The notes below the pieces were generated by a model. That model did no database searches. It had not been told where the DNA came from and was given only the letters and a program-made list of their open reading frames with translations. The position numbers were made by a program, and so were the translations under genes. Below, in pieces: positions 11,172 through 21,354 of a stretch of 64,000 bases of DNA; position 1 is the stretch's first letter, and each line of letters begins with the position of its first letter. The stretch is from an uncultured Methanoregula sp. Its GTDB lineage: Archaea > Halobacteriota > Methanomicrobia > Methanomicrobiales > Methanospirillaceae. The stretch is taken from the NCBI GenBank assembly GCA_964454995.1, contig CAYVTY010000001.1, positions 38,033 to 102,032 on the forward strand. Direction: 5' to 3'.

Positions 11172-12302
11172 ATGCCGGAAACCGAACCTGTCAGGACTTA
11201 CGGGGCCACAACCCGGGAGAAACTCCTCACTCAGGCACCATACGCCTCAGAAGACCGGCAGAAAGAAGAGGAACTCCTGCCCATCATAAGGGAACAGTTG
11301 AAAACTGCCCGACGCAACAACCGGCAGATTGATGATTTTTTTACCAAGCAGGGAATAGACATCGAGACAATACAAAAACCGGAGGATGTGCCGTATATCC
11401 CGGTGCAGATGTTCAAGCACTTCGATCTCAGGACCTGCCCGGAGCAGGAGATCGTAAAAGTCCTCCAGTCCAGCGGTACAACCGGCGGCATACCAAGCCG
11501 GATCCCACTTGACAAAGCCACTACCATAAACCAGATAAAAGCACTCAAATCCATCCTGTCTGAATACCTGGGGAAAAACCGGAAAATATTCCTTGTCATC
11601 GACCATGAAGGCATCAACAGCCCGAAACTGGCGTTTTCCGCACGGACTGCCGGTGTCCGGGGCCTGAGTATCTATGCAAAAAAAACCTTTTACCTGCTCA
11701 AAGAGGAAGAGGGAAAACTATCCTTAAACATGCCGGTCATCCGGGATATTGTCGAAAACTATTCGCATGAGGATGTGTACGCTTTCGGGTTCACGTACAT
11801 CATCTGGACCGTCTTCTACGAGCAGCTTAAAAAGGAAGGGATCCAGTTCACCTTTGACAACTTCACGCTGTTCCACGGGGGAGGCTGGAAGAAGATGCAG
11901 GATCTTGCGGTCTCAAAAGAGACGTTTTCAGATACGATTGCAGAAGTATTTGGTACCCGCCCGGACCGGATCCTGGACTTCTACGGAATGGCAGAACAGA
12001 CAGGTATCATTTTTGTCGACTGCGAACAGGGTAACAAACATGTCCCCTGCTTCTCCCAGGTCATCATCCGCGATCTTTTCACGCTCGAGCCCTGCGATAT
12101 CGGCAAAACCGGGTTGATCGAGGTGATGAGCGTTCTTGCCGACAGTTACTACGATCAGGCGGTCCTGACCGAGGATCTTGGTGTGCAGATCGGTGTGGAC
12201 GACTGCCCATGCGGGCGCAAAGGACGATATTTCCGGTTTGTCTCGCGGGTGGAAAAAGCCGAGTTACGCGGGTGTGGGGATACGTTCCGGGAGTCTCGCT
12301 GA
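11172..12302 (+). CDS. LuxE-like acyl-protein synthetase
   Basis: IPVQMFK, SSGTTG, HGGGWKK, DFYGMAEQ, LTEDLG, C-terminal ELRGCGD with the acyl-accepting Cys; ATG at 11172. Confidence 0.88.
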   Translation: MPETEPVRTYGATTREKLLTQAPYASEDRQKEEELLPIIREQLKTARRNNRQIDDFFTKQGIDIETIQKPEDVPYIPVQMFKHFDLRTCPEQEIVKVLQSSGTTGGIPSRIPLDKATTINQIKALKSILSEYLGKNRKIFLVIDHEGINSPKLAFSARTAGVRGLSIYAKKTFYLLKEEEGKLSLNMPVIRDIVENYSHEDVYAFGFTYIIWTVFYEQLKKEGIQFTFDNFTLFHGGGWKKMQDLAVSKETFSDTIAEVFGTRPDRILDFYGMAEQTGIIFVDCEQGNKHVPCFSQVIIRDLFTLEPCDIGKTGLIEVMSVLADSYYDQAVLTEDLGVQIGVDDCPCGRKGRYFRFVSRVEKAELRGCGDTFRESR

Positions 12303-13606
12303 TGATTACCTGTTACCTCAAGGAAGGGGAGTTTGAGGAGAACCAGTACCAGGACTTTGAGGAGATTGTCCGAAGTGTCAATATCTGCAGGGAAGCCCTT
12401 GCTGCGATGCCACTTGACGCCATCATAAAAATTCTCGATGCGCTGGGAAAAAATGTACTCAAAAAACCGGAGATCAACACGCTGCCAGGGGTCAGTTACA
12501 TCTCGCTGTGGCTGCGCCGCGAAAATCTTGACCGGATCTGCAAGGTCAATTACTCCGATAAACGATACCTTGACGGTTTTTGTAAAAACGAGACGAACGT
12601 CCTGATGATGGCTCAGCCCCGGGGAATTGTATGCCACTGGATAGCGGCGAACATGCCCACGCTGGGATTCTTTTCCATCGTCCAGGCCGTCCTTTCAAAG
12701 AACGGCAGCATGGTCAAGATGCCAAAGGAGTACGTTCCGCTGATCCTGTCCATCCTCCGCGAACTGCCGGCAATTTCAGCAGAGTATGAAGGCACAACAT
12801 ACTCAGGGAAAACTGTGCTTGCCGCGATCGCGGTGGTTACCTTTGAAGGGAGATCCACGGGAGTCAGTGAGAAATTTTCCCTTGCTGCGGACTGCCGTAT
12901 TATCTTTGGCGGAAGCGAGGCAGTCCGCGCGATCTCACATCTTCCCTGCCGGGATCACTGCGAGACCATCATCTTTGGCCCGAAATATTCATTTGCCGTA
13001 TTTGACCGGGACTACATCGAATCGGACGGTTTTAAAAAAGCGCTGGACGCGTTTGTAAAGGATGTTGCCGTGTTCAACCAGATGGCCTGTTCATCCCCGC
13101 ATGTGCTGTTTCTGGAAAAGAGCCGGTATCCGCATGAGACCGTTGTATCGTGGATGAGCGACGCTTTTGAACGGTTGCCAGCTGCACTCCTCAACCAAGA
13201 AATATCATCGGGCCTGTCGGCAAACATTATCAACGCCCGGGCCAGGTACCTGCTGTCTGATGGGAAAAACTGTGTGGCCCCCCGGGATCTGGGCTGGACC
13301 ATCCTTATCGATCGGGATGTCGGACTGGAAGAGCCAATCCAGGGAAAATGCATTTTTACAAAAGAGATCGATACGGTGGATGAAATCATCCCACTGGTGA
13401 ACCACAAGATCCAGGCAGTCTCGATCGGGATCCTGGACCCTAAAAAACGCGAAGCATTTGCCCGGCAGGTCACTTCGCGGGGTGCGGATCGGATCGTCGT
13501 TCCTGGTACCATGCACGACTTTATCCTGCCCTGGGACGGGATCATGACACTGAACCGGCTGGTCCGGTGGGTCATCCTGAGAAATAACCCGGGTTCGCAG
13601 GTTTGA
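12302..13606 (+). CDS. LuxC-like acyl-CoA/acyl-protein reductase
   Basis: PRGIVCHWIAANMP, VKMP, FGGSEAV, FGPKYS, NQMACSSP (catalytic Cys), GADRIV, PWDG; TGATG coupling to luxE. Confidence 0.9.
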   Translation: MITCYLKEGEFEENQYQDFEEIVRSVNICREALAAMPLDAIIKILDALGKNVLKKPEINTLPGVSYISLWLRRENLDRICKVNYSDKRYLDGFCKNETNVLMMAQPRGIVCHWIAANMPTLGFFSIVQAVLSKNGSMVKMPKEYVPLILSILRELPAISAEYEGTTYSGKTVLAAIAVVTFEGRSTGVSEKFSLAADCRIIFGGSEAVRAISHLPCRDHCETIIFGPKYSFAVFDRDYIESDGFKKALDAFVKDVAVFNQMACSSPHVLFLEKSRYPHETVVSWMSDAFERLPAALLNQEISSGLSANIINARARYLLSDGKNCVAPRDLGWTILIDRDVGLEEPIQGKCIFTKEIDTVDEIIPLVNHKIQAVSIGILDPKKREAFARQVTSRGADRIVVPGTMHDFILPWDGIMTLNRLVRWVILRNNPGSQV

Positions 13607-13704
13607 TTACTTTCAAACGCGGATTTTATTTCTACGGTAATTGTATTTGAGGTACCGGAATCCTTTCATTGATCTAAAGAACGGGTCCGTTTTGGAGAGA
13701 GAAT

Positions 13705-14448
13705 ATGTTATTAAAAGGGAAAAATGCGGTAGTAACCGGTTGTCTGAAAGGTATCGGCCGTTCGACACTGGATCTTTTTGCCCGAAACGGAGCAAATGTC
13801 TGGGCATGCTGCCAGTATGAAAGTCCTGAATTTTCAGAGCACATAAAGGAATTAGCAGCGACCAACAATGTCTGGATTACACCACTCTACTTTGATCTCC
13901 TCGATCCGGAACAAATTAAAACAGCGGCTCATAGTATCAGGGAGTCAAAACAGCCGGTTGATATTCTTGTCAATATAGCCGGTATGACCCACGACGCTCT
14001 CTTCCATATGACAACCATGGATCAGATGAAAAAAGTTTTCGAAGTGAATTTTTTCTCCCAGATGCTTCTTACCCAGTACATCACCAAGAATATGATACGG
14101 CATAAGTCCGGTAGCGTCATCTCTATCTCATCTATCTCCGCTCTTGACGGGAATCCCGGACAACTTTCCTATACGGCAAGCAAAGCTGCAATTATCGGTG
14201 CTACAAAAACATTATCTGCTGAACTTGCGGGTTACGGTATACGGGTAAACGCAGTTGCACCCGGGGTGATAAATACTGAAATGACCGCGAACTTACCGAC
14301 GGAAGTGATGGCAAGGCTGATGGCCAGAAGCGATCTGAAACATATGGGGTTACCCGAAGAAGTCGCAGAGGTTATTTTGTTTCTCGCATCAGATATGTCA
14401 TCATACATAACAGGTCAGATTATCCGGGTCGATGGTGGAATCGGATGA
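13705..14448 (+). CDS. FabG-like short-chain dehydrogenase/reductase, copy 1
   Basis: TGCLKGIG, YTASK (YxxxK), VNAVAPG, ITGQIIRVDGG. Confidence 0.92.
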   Translation: MLLKGKNAVVTGCLKGIGRSTLDLFARNGANVWACCQYESPEFSEHIKELAATNNVWITPLYFDLLDPEQIKTAAHSIRESKQPVDILVNIAGMTHDALFHMTTMDQMKKVFEVNFFSQMLLTQYITKNMIRHKSGSVISISSISALDGNPGQLSYTASKAAIIGATKTLSAELAGYGIRVNAVAPGVINTEMTANLPTEVMARLMARSDLKHMGLPEEVAEVILFLASDMSSYITGQIIRVDGGIG

Positions 14449-14458
14449 TGGTGGGATA

Positions 14459-15202
14459 ATGCTGCTCAAGGATAAAAACGCAATAATTACCGGCTGTGCA
14501 CAGGGTATTGGGAAGGCCATGCTCGAAATATTTGCTGCAAATGGCGCCAATGTCTGGGCTTGTGCACGTGTGAAAACTGATGAATTTGAATCTACTGCAA
14601 AGGCACTTTCAGAAAAATATCATGTGGAGATCTGGCCGGTTTATTTTGACATGACAGATCATGACGAGTTGAAGCTCGCGGTAAAATCGATTACTTCCAC
14701 AAAACGCCCGGTGGATATCCTTGTGAACAACGCCGGAATAACCTATAACGCATTGTTTCTGATGTCAACGATGGCAAAGCTGCGGGAAGTCTTTGAGGTG
14801 AATTTTTTCTCGCAGTTTCTGCTCTCGCAGTATATCGCGAAAACGATGATGCGGCAAAAGAAAGGGAGCATAATTAATATCTCATCATCTGCAGCAATTG
14901 AAGGGAATGCCGGACGTTCGGTATATGGGGCCAGCAAAGCAGCGGTTATCTGCGCGACAAAGGCGATGGCGGAAGAACTTGGTGAATTCGGGGTGAGAGT
15001 AAATTCCATTGCACCCGGGATCACGAGGACATCTATGCTCACCAGTATGACGGAAAAAGTAATTCAGGATACGATTCTTCAGAGCGATATGAAACGTCTT
15101 GGCAATCCTGAGGATATTGCAAATGCCGCCCTTTTTCTGGCATCGGACATGTCTTCATACGTGACCGGACAGGTATTACGGGTGGACGGGGGATTGCAAT
15201 AG
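14459..15202 (+). CDS. FabG-like short-chain dehydrogenase/reductase, copy 2
   Basis: TGCAQGIG, NNAG, YGASK, VNSIAPG; clear paralog of the upstream SDR. Confidence 0.92.
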   Translation: MLLKDKNAIITGCAQGIGKAMLEIFAANGANVWACARVKTDEFESTAKALSEKYHVEIWPVYFDMTDHDELKLAVKSITSTKRPVDILVNNAGITYNALFLMSTMAKLREVFEVNFFSQFLLSQYIAKTMMRQKKGSIINISSSAAIEGNAGRSVYGASKAAVICATKAMAEELGEFGVRVNSIAPGITRTSMLTSMTEKVIQDTILQSDMKRLGNPEDIANAALFLASDMSSYVTGQVLRVDGGLQ

Positions 15203-15217
15203 TTCCACGTATTAATC

Positions 15218-16045
15218 ATGACGTCACAGGATCCAATCATTAAAAATATTAAACCGATGGCTGACCGGATGCGAAAAAAAGCTCTGCAATTAGCATTCTC
15301 TGCAGGAAACAATGGTGCGCATCTTGGTTCAGGTTTGTCAATAATAGAAATAATGGCGGTTCTCTACGGGGGAATCATGAAAATCGATCCGAAAAATCCC
15401 CGCTGGGAGGGGAGGGACCGGTTTATTCTCAGTAAAGGACACGGCACCCTGGGATATTATACCGCCCTGGAGGAGGCTGGACTTATATCCGATGAAGAAC
15501 TTTCAACATTCGAAAAAAACGGGGGATTCCTGCCGGGCCAGCCGGTAATGAATATGGATAAGGGCATTGAATTTTCGAGCGGCAGCCTGGGTCATGGCCT
15601 TTCACTGGGTGTCGGTGTGGCACTAGCAGGGAAAAAACGTGGCCAGGATTACAAGGTCTATGTCCTGATGGGTGACGGGGAATGCAACGAGGGATCCGTA
15701 TGGGAGGCAGCAATGGCCGCAAAACATTATAAACTCTCAAACCTTGTTGCGATAATCGATGCAAATGACATGCAATCGGATGGGGCACGGTGCGACATTA
15801 TGGCGGCAGACTATGAGACGATATGGAAAGGGTTTGGGTGGGACGTCGCCACGGCAGACGGGCACGATGTAAGCAGGTTATATGAAACATTCCAAGCAGG
15901 CGTAAGGACTGATGTGCCCCGGGCAATTATTGCGAGGACCATAAAAGGAAACGGGGTTTCATTCATGGAAAATAACAACGAATGGCATCACAACCGGTTG
16001 ACACAGGCCCAGTACGATGCAGCGATCAAGGAACTTGATTCCTAA
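15218..16045 (+). CDS. Transketolase, N-terminal ThDP-binding subunit
   Basis: HLGSGLS, RDRFILSKGH, GSLGHGL, GDGECNEG..WEA, TIKGNGVSFME. Confidence 0.93.
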   Translation: MTSQDPIIKNIKPMADRMRKKALQLAFSAGNNGAHLGSGLSIIEIMAVLYGGIMKIDPKNPRWEGRDRFILSKGHGTLGYYTALEEAGLISDEELSTFEKNGGFLPGQPVMNMDKGIEFSSGSLGHGLSLGVGVALAGKKRGQDYKVYVLMGDGECNEGSVWEAAMAAKHYKLSNLVAIIDANDMQSDGARCDIMAADYETIWKGFGWDVATADGHDVSRLYETFQAGVRTDVPRAIIARTIKGNGVSFMENNNEWHHNRLTQAQYDAAIKELDS

Positions 16046-16057
16046 ACGAGTCTCACC

Positions 16058-17056
16058 ATGATTCAGATAAATTCACTGAATGCAAGATTATGGTCGAAGT
16101 TAGGACAGCGGGGAACCTTTGGCATTACGCTGCTTGAATCAGGGAGGGACTTTGAGAACCTGATGGTACTTTCAGCAGATCTGTGTTCAACTTCAGGATT
16201 GGATCGTTTCCGTTTACAGTTTCCTGAAAAATTTTTGAACGTGGGCATTGCCGAACAAAATCTGGTAGGCATTTCAGCAGGACTTGCAAAAGAGGGCTAT
16301 CTCGTTTTTGCTACAACCTTTGCGAATTTTGCCGCCATGCGCAGTTACGAGCAGGTGCGGCTGAACCTTGGGTATATGGGATTTAACATCAAATTAGTAG
16401 GTCTTGGAAGCGGGTTTGCCATGGGAATGTTTGGCAACACACACTATGGTATCGAAGACGTTGCGTTAATGCGTGCAATACCCGGGCTCTGTATTCTCTC
16501 TCCCGCCGATTGTACGGAAGTTGTGAAAGCCACGGTTGCCGCTGCCATGTATCCCGGCCCGGTATACCTGCGCCTCACCGGGGTCGTGAACAACCCTATC
16601 GTCAATAAAGAAGATTATCCCTTCGAAATCGGGAAGGCGATTCATCTAAAAAGTGGTTCTGACGTCTCAATTATCGCTACAGGGTCTATGGTTTATCACG
16701 CTCTTGAGGCAGCGAAACTGCTTGAATCCAAAGGGATCTCTGCCGCAGTTATCAATATGCATACGATAAAACCACTCGATACAGAAGCAATACATGGTGC
16801 CTGCAAAAATTCGAAACTTATCATTACTGTTGAAGAACATAGTGTTATCGGGGGCCTTGGCGGGGCGATTGCGGAATATTTATGTGGGTTTGCCTCTCAC
16901 CCGCGCCTGCTTATAATCGGCATTCCGGATGCATTCCAGAAAGCCGGGGATTATCCATACCTTCTTGAACAAAATGGTCTTACCGGAGTACAAATTGCAG
17001 AAAAGGTAATGACTTCATTCAATGAAATTATTCATTCAGAAAGAATTCCGCAATAG
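16058..17056 (+). CDS. Transketolase, C-terminal subunit
   Basis: SADL, NVGIAEQN, THYGIED, PVYLRL, TIKPLD, VEEHSVIGGLG. Confidence 0.93.
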   Translation: MIQINSLNARLWSKLGQRGTFGITLLESGRDFENLMVLSADLCSTSGLDRFRLQFPEKFLNVGIAEQNLVGISAGLAKEGYLVFATTFANFAAMRSYEQVRLNLGYMGFNIKLVGLGSGFAMGMFGNTHYGIEDVALMRAIPGLCILSPADCTEVVKATVAAAMYPGPVYLRLTGVVNNPIVNKEDYPFEIGKAIHLKSGSDVSIIATGSMVYHALEAAKLLESKGISAAVINMHTIKPLDTEAIHGACKNSKLIITVEEHSVIGGLGGAIAEYLCGFASHPRLLIIGIPDAFQKAGDYPYLLEQNGLTGVQIAEKVMTSFNEIIHSERIPQ

Positions 17057-17202
17057 AATGCATTAACCTCTGTTTGGTGCTGGATTCATTAAATCTCAAC
17101 AAGAAATCCCCTCGTGTACCATCCGGTTACTGCAACTAAGTATATGTTCGGTGAAACCCCACATAACCTCCTGCAAAGAACTTAAATGGGGACAGATGAA
17201 GT

Positions 17203-18267
17203 ATGCAACAATATACCCTCGGCCTTTTTTCAAATATGTTTCCTCCCGGCATTCCAAAGAAGCAAAACGGGGTGATCCTGACCGATACTACCCGGGGAAT
17301 TTTTGTTAAAAGAATGGTGGATGATCTCGTCCAGCAGGGTGTTATCGTGAAAATGGCCGTGAAAAAAAGCGGATCTCTTACCGGATATGTTCCATTTATC
17401 TATCAGTCCTTAAGGTTGGTGCATGATCGCGATGTCGATATTATGCAGGCCGAATATATCCCCCACAGCAGCATGATACCTGCACTGTTCAAAAGAAAAA
17501 ACTGTCCTCTCGTACTGAAATTTCATGGGGATGATGCACGGATTTTCCCGTTCAAAAATTCATTTTTCATGTCGGTAACCCGTACGATGATCAGACGTTC
17601 GGATTATGTCCTGACATCCAGTGAAGAGATCCGTAGTATTCTGATATCCATTGGTGCAGTACCTGAAAAAACGTCCACGTTACACTCAGGAGTGGATACG
17701 AAGTTCTTTAGTCCGCGCTCTCGTGAATTAACCCGACAGGAACTTGGATTGCCCGTGGACGCAACTATATTCCTTTTCGTTGGAAGACTGCACGCCTGGA
17801 AAGGGCTTTATGAAATATTGTCCGTAGCAAAACGCTGTCCAGATGAGACATTTGTGTTTATTGGTCCCGGAGATATCCCAGTCCATTCGGAAAATTGTTT
17901 ATTTGTTGGTTCACAACAACCCGACTCAGTCCGGGCATGGTTCAATGCATCCGACTGCCTGCTTCTTCCGACGTATACAGAAGCGGTTCCAACCTCGGTG
18001 ATGGAATCGTTCTCCTGTGAAGTTCCTGCAATCGTGACTAATATCGGGGGCTGTCCGGAAATTGTTCAACACGGAAAAAATGGGCTTATTATTCCGGTCC
18101 GTGATATTCCGGCTCTCTATGCGGCTGTAATCTGGATGAGGGACCATCCGGATGAACGCAGGAAAATGGGAAAACAAGCCCGCGAGACGGTAAAGGAACG
18201 TTATGATCACACAATATCGACTGACAGACTCATTCGCATTCATAAAACGTTACTCGACAATAAATAA
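17203..18267 (+). CDS. Glycosyltransferase family 4 (GT-B)
   Basis: FHGDD, SGVDT, FVGRL..WKG, EAVPTSVMES (ExxxxxxxE), TNIGGCPEI. Confidence 0.9.
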   Translation: MQQYTLGLFSNMFPPGIPKKQNGVILTDTTRGIFVKRMVDDLVQQGVIVKMAVKKSGSLTGYVPFIYQSLRLVHDRDVDIMQAEYIPHSSMIPALFKRKNCPLVLKFHGDDARIFPFKNSFFMSVTRTMIRRSDYVLTSSEEIRSILISIGAVPEKTSTLHSGVDTKFFSPRSRELTRQELGLPVDATIFLFVGRLHAWKGLYEILSVAKRCPDETFVFIGPGDIPVHSENCLFVGSQQPDSVRAWFNASDCLLLPTYTEAVPTSVMESFSCEVPAIVTNIGGCPEIVQHGKNGLIIPVRDIPALYAAVIWMRDHPDERRKMGKQARETVKERYDHTISTDRLIRIHKTLLDNK

Positions 18268-18564
18268 TGCTCATTATCATTTTTTTATGCCGTCAATCTC
18301 ACTAAATATCTGAATATTTTGTGGCTGCATTCCGCAAAGGGGAGCGATGATGTCGTTGAATAGATCGAAAGTACGCAGGCAGACTGCCCCATGAGTGCGA
18401 TCTTTACACCATCAGTTTTCTACTTCTCTGCGGGAACAGGGGAATCCCGGGAGTTCTGACAAGGATCACAAAAATGCTGTCAGGTGTATCCCCCAGTACG
18501 AGAGTGTTTGGGAGTTGCTCTTTGTGCATGACTCTATTCGCGTCTGGAACGTATTGAAACCGGA

Positions 18565-19731
18565 TTATTCTGTTTGAGATGACCGATTCAGAATCCGGTT
18601 ATACACATCAAGATGCTGTCGGGCAATATTTTCCGGGAGATACTGCAATGCGCTTTGTTTGCCGGCATCACTCAGTTTTTTTCGCTGTTCTTTATCCTGA
18701 AGTAACGATAAAATGACATCGGCTAACTGCTTGTCGTCGCCGCAGTCTACCAGGCGTCCATTGACACGATCCTGAATCATATCCGGGATTCCCCCGGCAC
18801 GCGTTGCCACAACCGGTGTGCCGGTTGCCATTGCTTCAAGGATCACAATACCCTGAGATTCTTCAAGAGAGGGCAATACAAAGATGGCAGCCTCACGATA
18901 CTCCCTGAACAATTCTGAATCAGCCAGACGTCCACAAAATTCGATATTTCCTTCAAGATTCAATGTTTTAATGAGATTACAGAGGGTATGATAGTAAACA
19001 ATTTTGCGAATTCCGCCAACAATGTGCAGTTCAATATCCGGCATCGTCTTTTTTATATGGGACACAGCCCGGATAAGTACAGCAAGATCTTTCCGTTCTT
19101 CGATCCCCCCTACAAACAGGAGCCGGTTGGAATATTCTTCTTTTTGTACTGTGAAAAATTGGGGTTCAACCGGGTTAAATATCACGGATATTGTTCCTTG
19201 TGTCATTGGTTGAACCAATCTTTTTACATAGGGCGATATAGCGATCAGATTAAAAGCACGCTTTAAGACAAAGTGCTCCATCCGGCGACCAGTAATGGCA
19301 TGATATTTACCTTTTACACCGGTCCAATACCTCGATTCTTCGTGAATGACCCCCTCAATCGTTATTACAGCACGGTCAGGATCCCAGCGCACGGCCGGAT
19401 ATGCATAATCCTTTCCAATTCCCAAAGCATGGACGATATCAGGTTGAATTTCTGCGATTTTTCTTCTGATAATATAATCGGTAATTTGCTTGGGAATCAG
19501 AATTGGCATATATTTCCAGGGAAAACGGATATAGTGTACGAAAAGGTTATCCTCTGTGATAACGACAGACTTTTTCACATCCGAGTTGAGAGTGCAGATA
19601 TGAAATTCATAATCAGGTTCAATTTTTTTTAATTCCTGCACGATAGTGAAGAGCGCCCTTGGAACTCCCCCCGTTACAGGTTTTCCCGGAGTAGGGTAAT
19701 CAGAACAGAGCAGGATCTTTTTCGCATGCAT
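18565..19731 (-). CDS. Glycosyltransferase family 4 (GT-B)
   Basis: PVTGGV, FVGGIEERK, FVLPSLEESQGIVILEAMATGTPVV; ATG 19731 preferred. Confidence 0.92.
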   Translation of the reverse strand: MHAKKILLCSDYPTPGKPVTGGVPRALFTIVQELKKIEPDYEFHICTLNSDVKKSVVITEDNLFVHYIRFPWKYMPILIPKQITDYIIRRKIAEIQPDIVHALGIGKDYAYPAVRWDPDRAVITIEGVIHEESRYWTGVKGKYHAITGRRMEHFVLKRAFNLIAISPYVKRLVQPMTQGTISVIFNPVEPQFFTVQKEEYSNRLLFVGGIEERKDLAVLIRAVSHIKKTMPDIELHIVGGIRKIVYYHTLCNLIKTLNLEGNIEFCGRLADSELFREYREAAIFVLPSLEESQGIVILEAMATGTPVVATRAGGIPDMIQDRVNGRLVDCGDDKQLADVILSLLQDKEQRKKLSDAGKQSALQYLPENIARQHLDVYNRILNRSSQTE

Positions 19732-20041
19732 TTTTTTACCATCGCCATTTTTTGAAATCTGATGTGTGAGGAAAATATTTTCGGAAGAGCCTAATGCGTT
19801 CACTACTATTATTTTTTATTAATGTTTTTATGCTTACCTCTAGACCTGAAAAAGTTACACTCGCAGTTCTCAATGTTATTTATTAGTCATTTATAGGGTT
19901 AGAAATACGGACCAAGCATTTTATCAGAATTCAGACTACCTATAAGCAAATAAGGAAAGGTCGCGCAGATGTACTATTAAAGTGGGGTAAAATCGAACTA
20001 TTCCGACAATCATATACTGGGATCAGAGGAGGTGCATATTT

Positions 20042-21028
20042 ATACGAAAAATACTTGTTACCGGGATCAGCGGATTTGTGGGGGGACACATTACCCGGTA
20101 TATTCAGTCGAATCATCCTGACTGGGATATTCATGGAATAAGTCGTTCACTTCCCGTCTGGAATTTTTTACCGGGTCACGAACAGATCGCTGGGGCCATC
20201 GAATTCCATCAAGGGGATCTCCTTAATGCAGCACGAACTCGCCAACTCGTGAAAGAAATTGATCCCGACTTTATCCTGCATCTGGCTGCATTCAGCTCGG
20301 TCGGCGAGAGCTGGCAGAAGCCTGTTGAGGCAGTTCTGAACAATACGAATGCATTTCTCAATGTTGTTGAAGCAGTACGGCTTAATAACTGCTGCTGCCG
20401 CATAGTCTCCGTCGGTTCATCTGAGGAATATGGGATAGTTGACCCGTCTCAACTGCCGATACATGAAGATGCCAGACCAAGACCTGCAAATCCGTATGCA
20501 GTAGCGCGTGTTTCACAGGAGAATCTTGCCCAGATATACATGCAGGGATATCATCTTGATATCTGCAGTACGCGTTCGTTCAACCATATCGGACCCGGAC
20601 AACGCATCCAGTTTGTTGTGAGTTCTATCGCCGATCAATTTGCGAAAATTGCGGTAAACAGGGGCAGGGACTCACCCGTTATTTCAATCGGGAATGGGAG
20701 CATCGTAAGAGATTTTATTGATATAGAAGATGTGATTAGGGCGTATGATATACTCTTTACTAATGGAAAAACGGGTGAGACATACAATATCTGTACTGGA
20801 AAAGGACATTCAATAGCGGATATCGTAAGAATATTCTCAGAAATGCTGGACATCTCCGTTGATATTGAGCAACAGAATACGTTATTACGGCCGATCGATA
20901 ATCCGATTCTTGTCGGCAGCTATGAGAAAATTCATGCACACACAGGTTGGGAGCCCCATGTTTCTATCGAAGAAAGCCTCCGTAAGATCTATTCATACTG
21001 GTTCGATCAGGAATCCGCAAAAATATGA
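20042..21028 (+). CDS. GDP-4-keto-6-deoxy-D-mannose reductase (Rmd-like, extended SDR); apparent ATA start
   Basis: In-frame RKILVTGISGFVG lies upstream of the ORF-track GTG; HLAA.SSV..SW, GSSEEYG, NPYAVAR, FNHIGPGQ, RDFIDIEDV. Confidence 0.82.
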   Translation: MRKILVTGISGFVGGHITRYIQSNHPDWDIHGISRSLPVWNFLPGHEQIAGAIEFHQGDLLNAARTRQLVKEIDPDFILHLAAFSSVGESWQKPVEAVLNNTNAFLNVVEAVRLNNCCCRIVSVGSSEEYGIVDPSQLPIHEDARPRPANPYAVARVSQENLAQIYMQGYHLDICSTRSFNHIGPGQRIQFVVSSIADQFAKIAVNRGRDSPVISIGNGSIVRDFIDIEDVIRAYDILFTNGKTGETYNICTGKGHSIADIVRIFSEMLDISVDIEQQNTLLRPIDNPILVGSYEKIHAHTGWEPHVSIEESLRKIYSYWFDQESAKI

Positions 21029-21354
21029 GTTGGGACCGGATGAACCAGAGAATAACGTAGTTTCCCCATCAGTGTTGAACTCATCGTTCAGCATATAGAT
21101 ACAAAATTTAGAATTAATGCTTTGGCTTTATTTTCTTTAATGCCTGTACGATTGAACAGACCATCCGGGGATACCATCGGTTACGGTTTCACCAAGATAA
21201 GGATAATCTGAACAAATCAGGATCTTCGATTTTAGGGTAGTTCTTCGAACATATTCACTTCAGACAATCAACATTCGGGTCATGAATAATGAATTTTCTG
21301 GTAAAAACAGGATACGATCACCCCCAAGTTTCATCAGGGTCGTATGGAGTGGCT

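Noticed and set aside
11172-13606. Bioluminescence operon
   Set aside because: No luxA/luxB luciferase or luxD; strict-anaerobe host; the context is glycan biosynthesis.
9064-15202. Type II fatty acid synthase or PKS
   Set aside because: No ketosynthase, malonyl transferase, dehydratase or enoyl reductase is present.
16043-16060. Nonsense mutation or readthrough between in-frame transketolase halves
   Set aside because: Two-gene transketolases are common and the second half has its own ATG; the shared frame is unremarkable.
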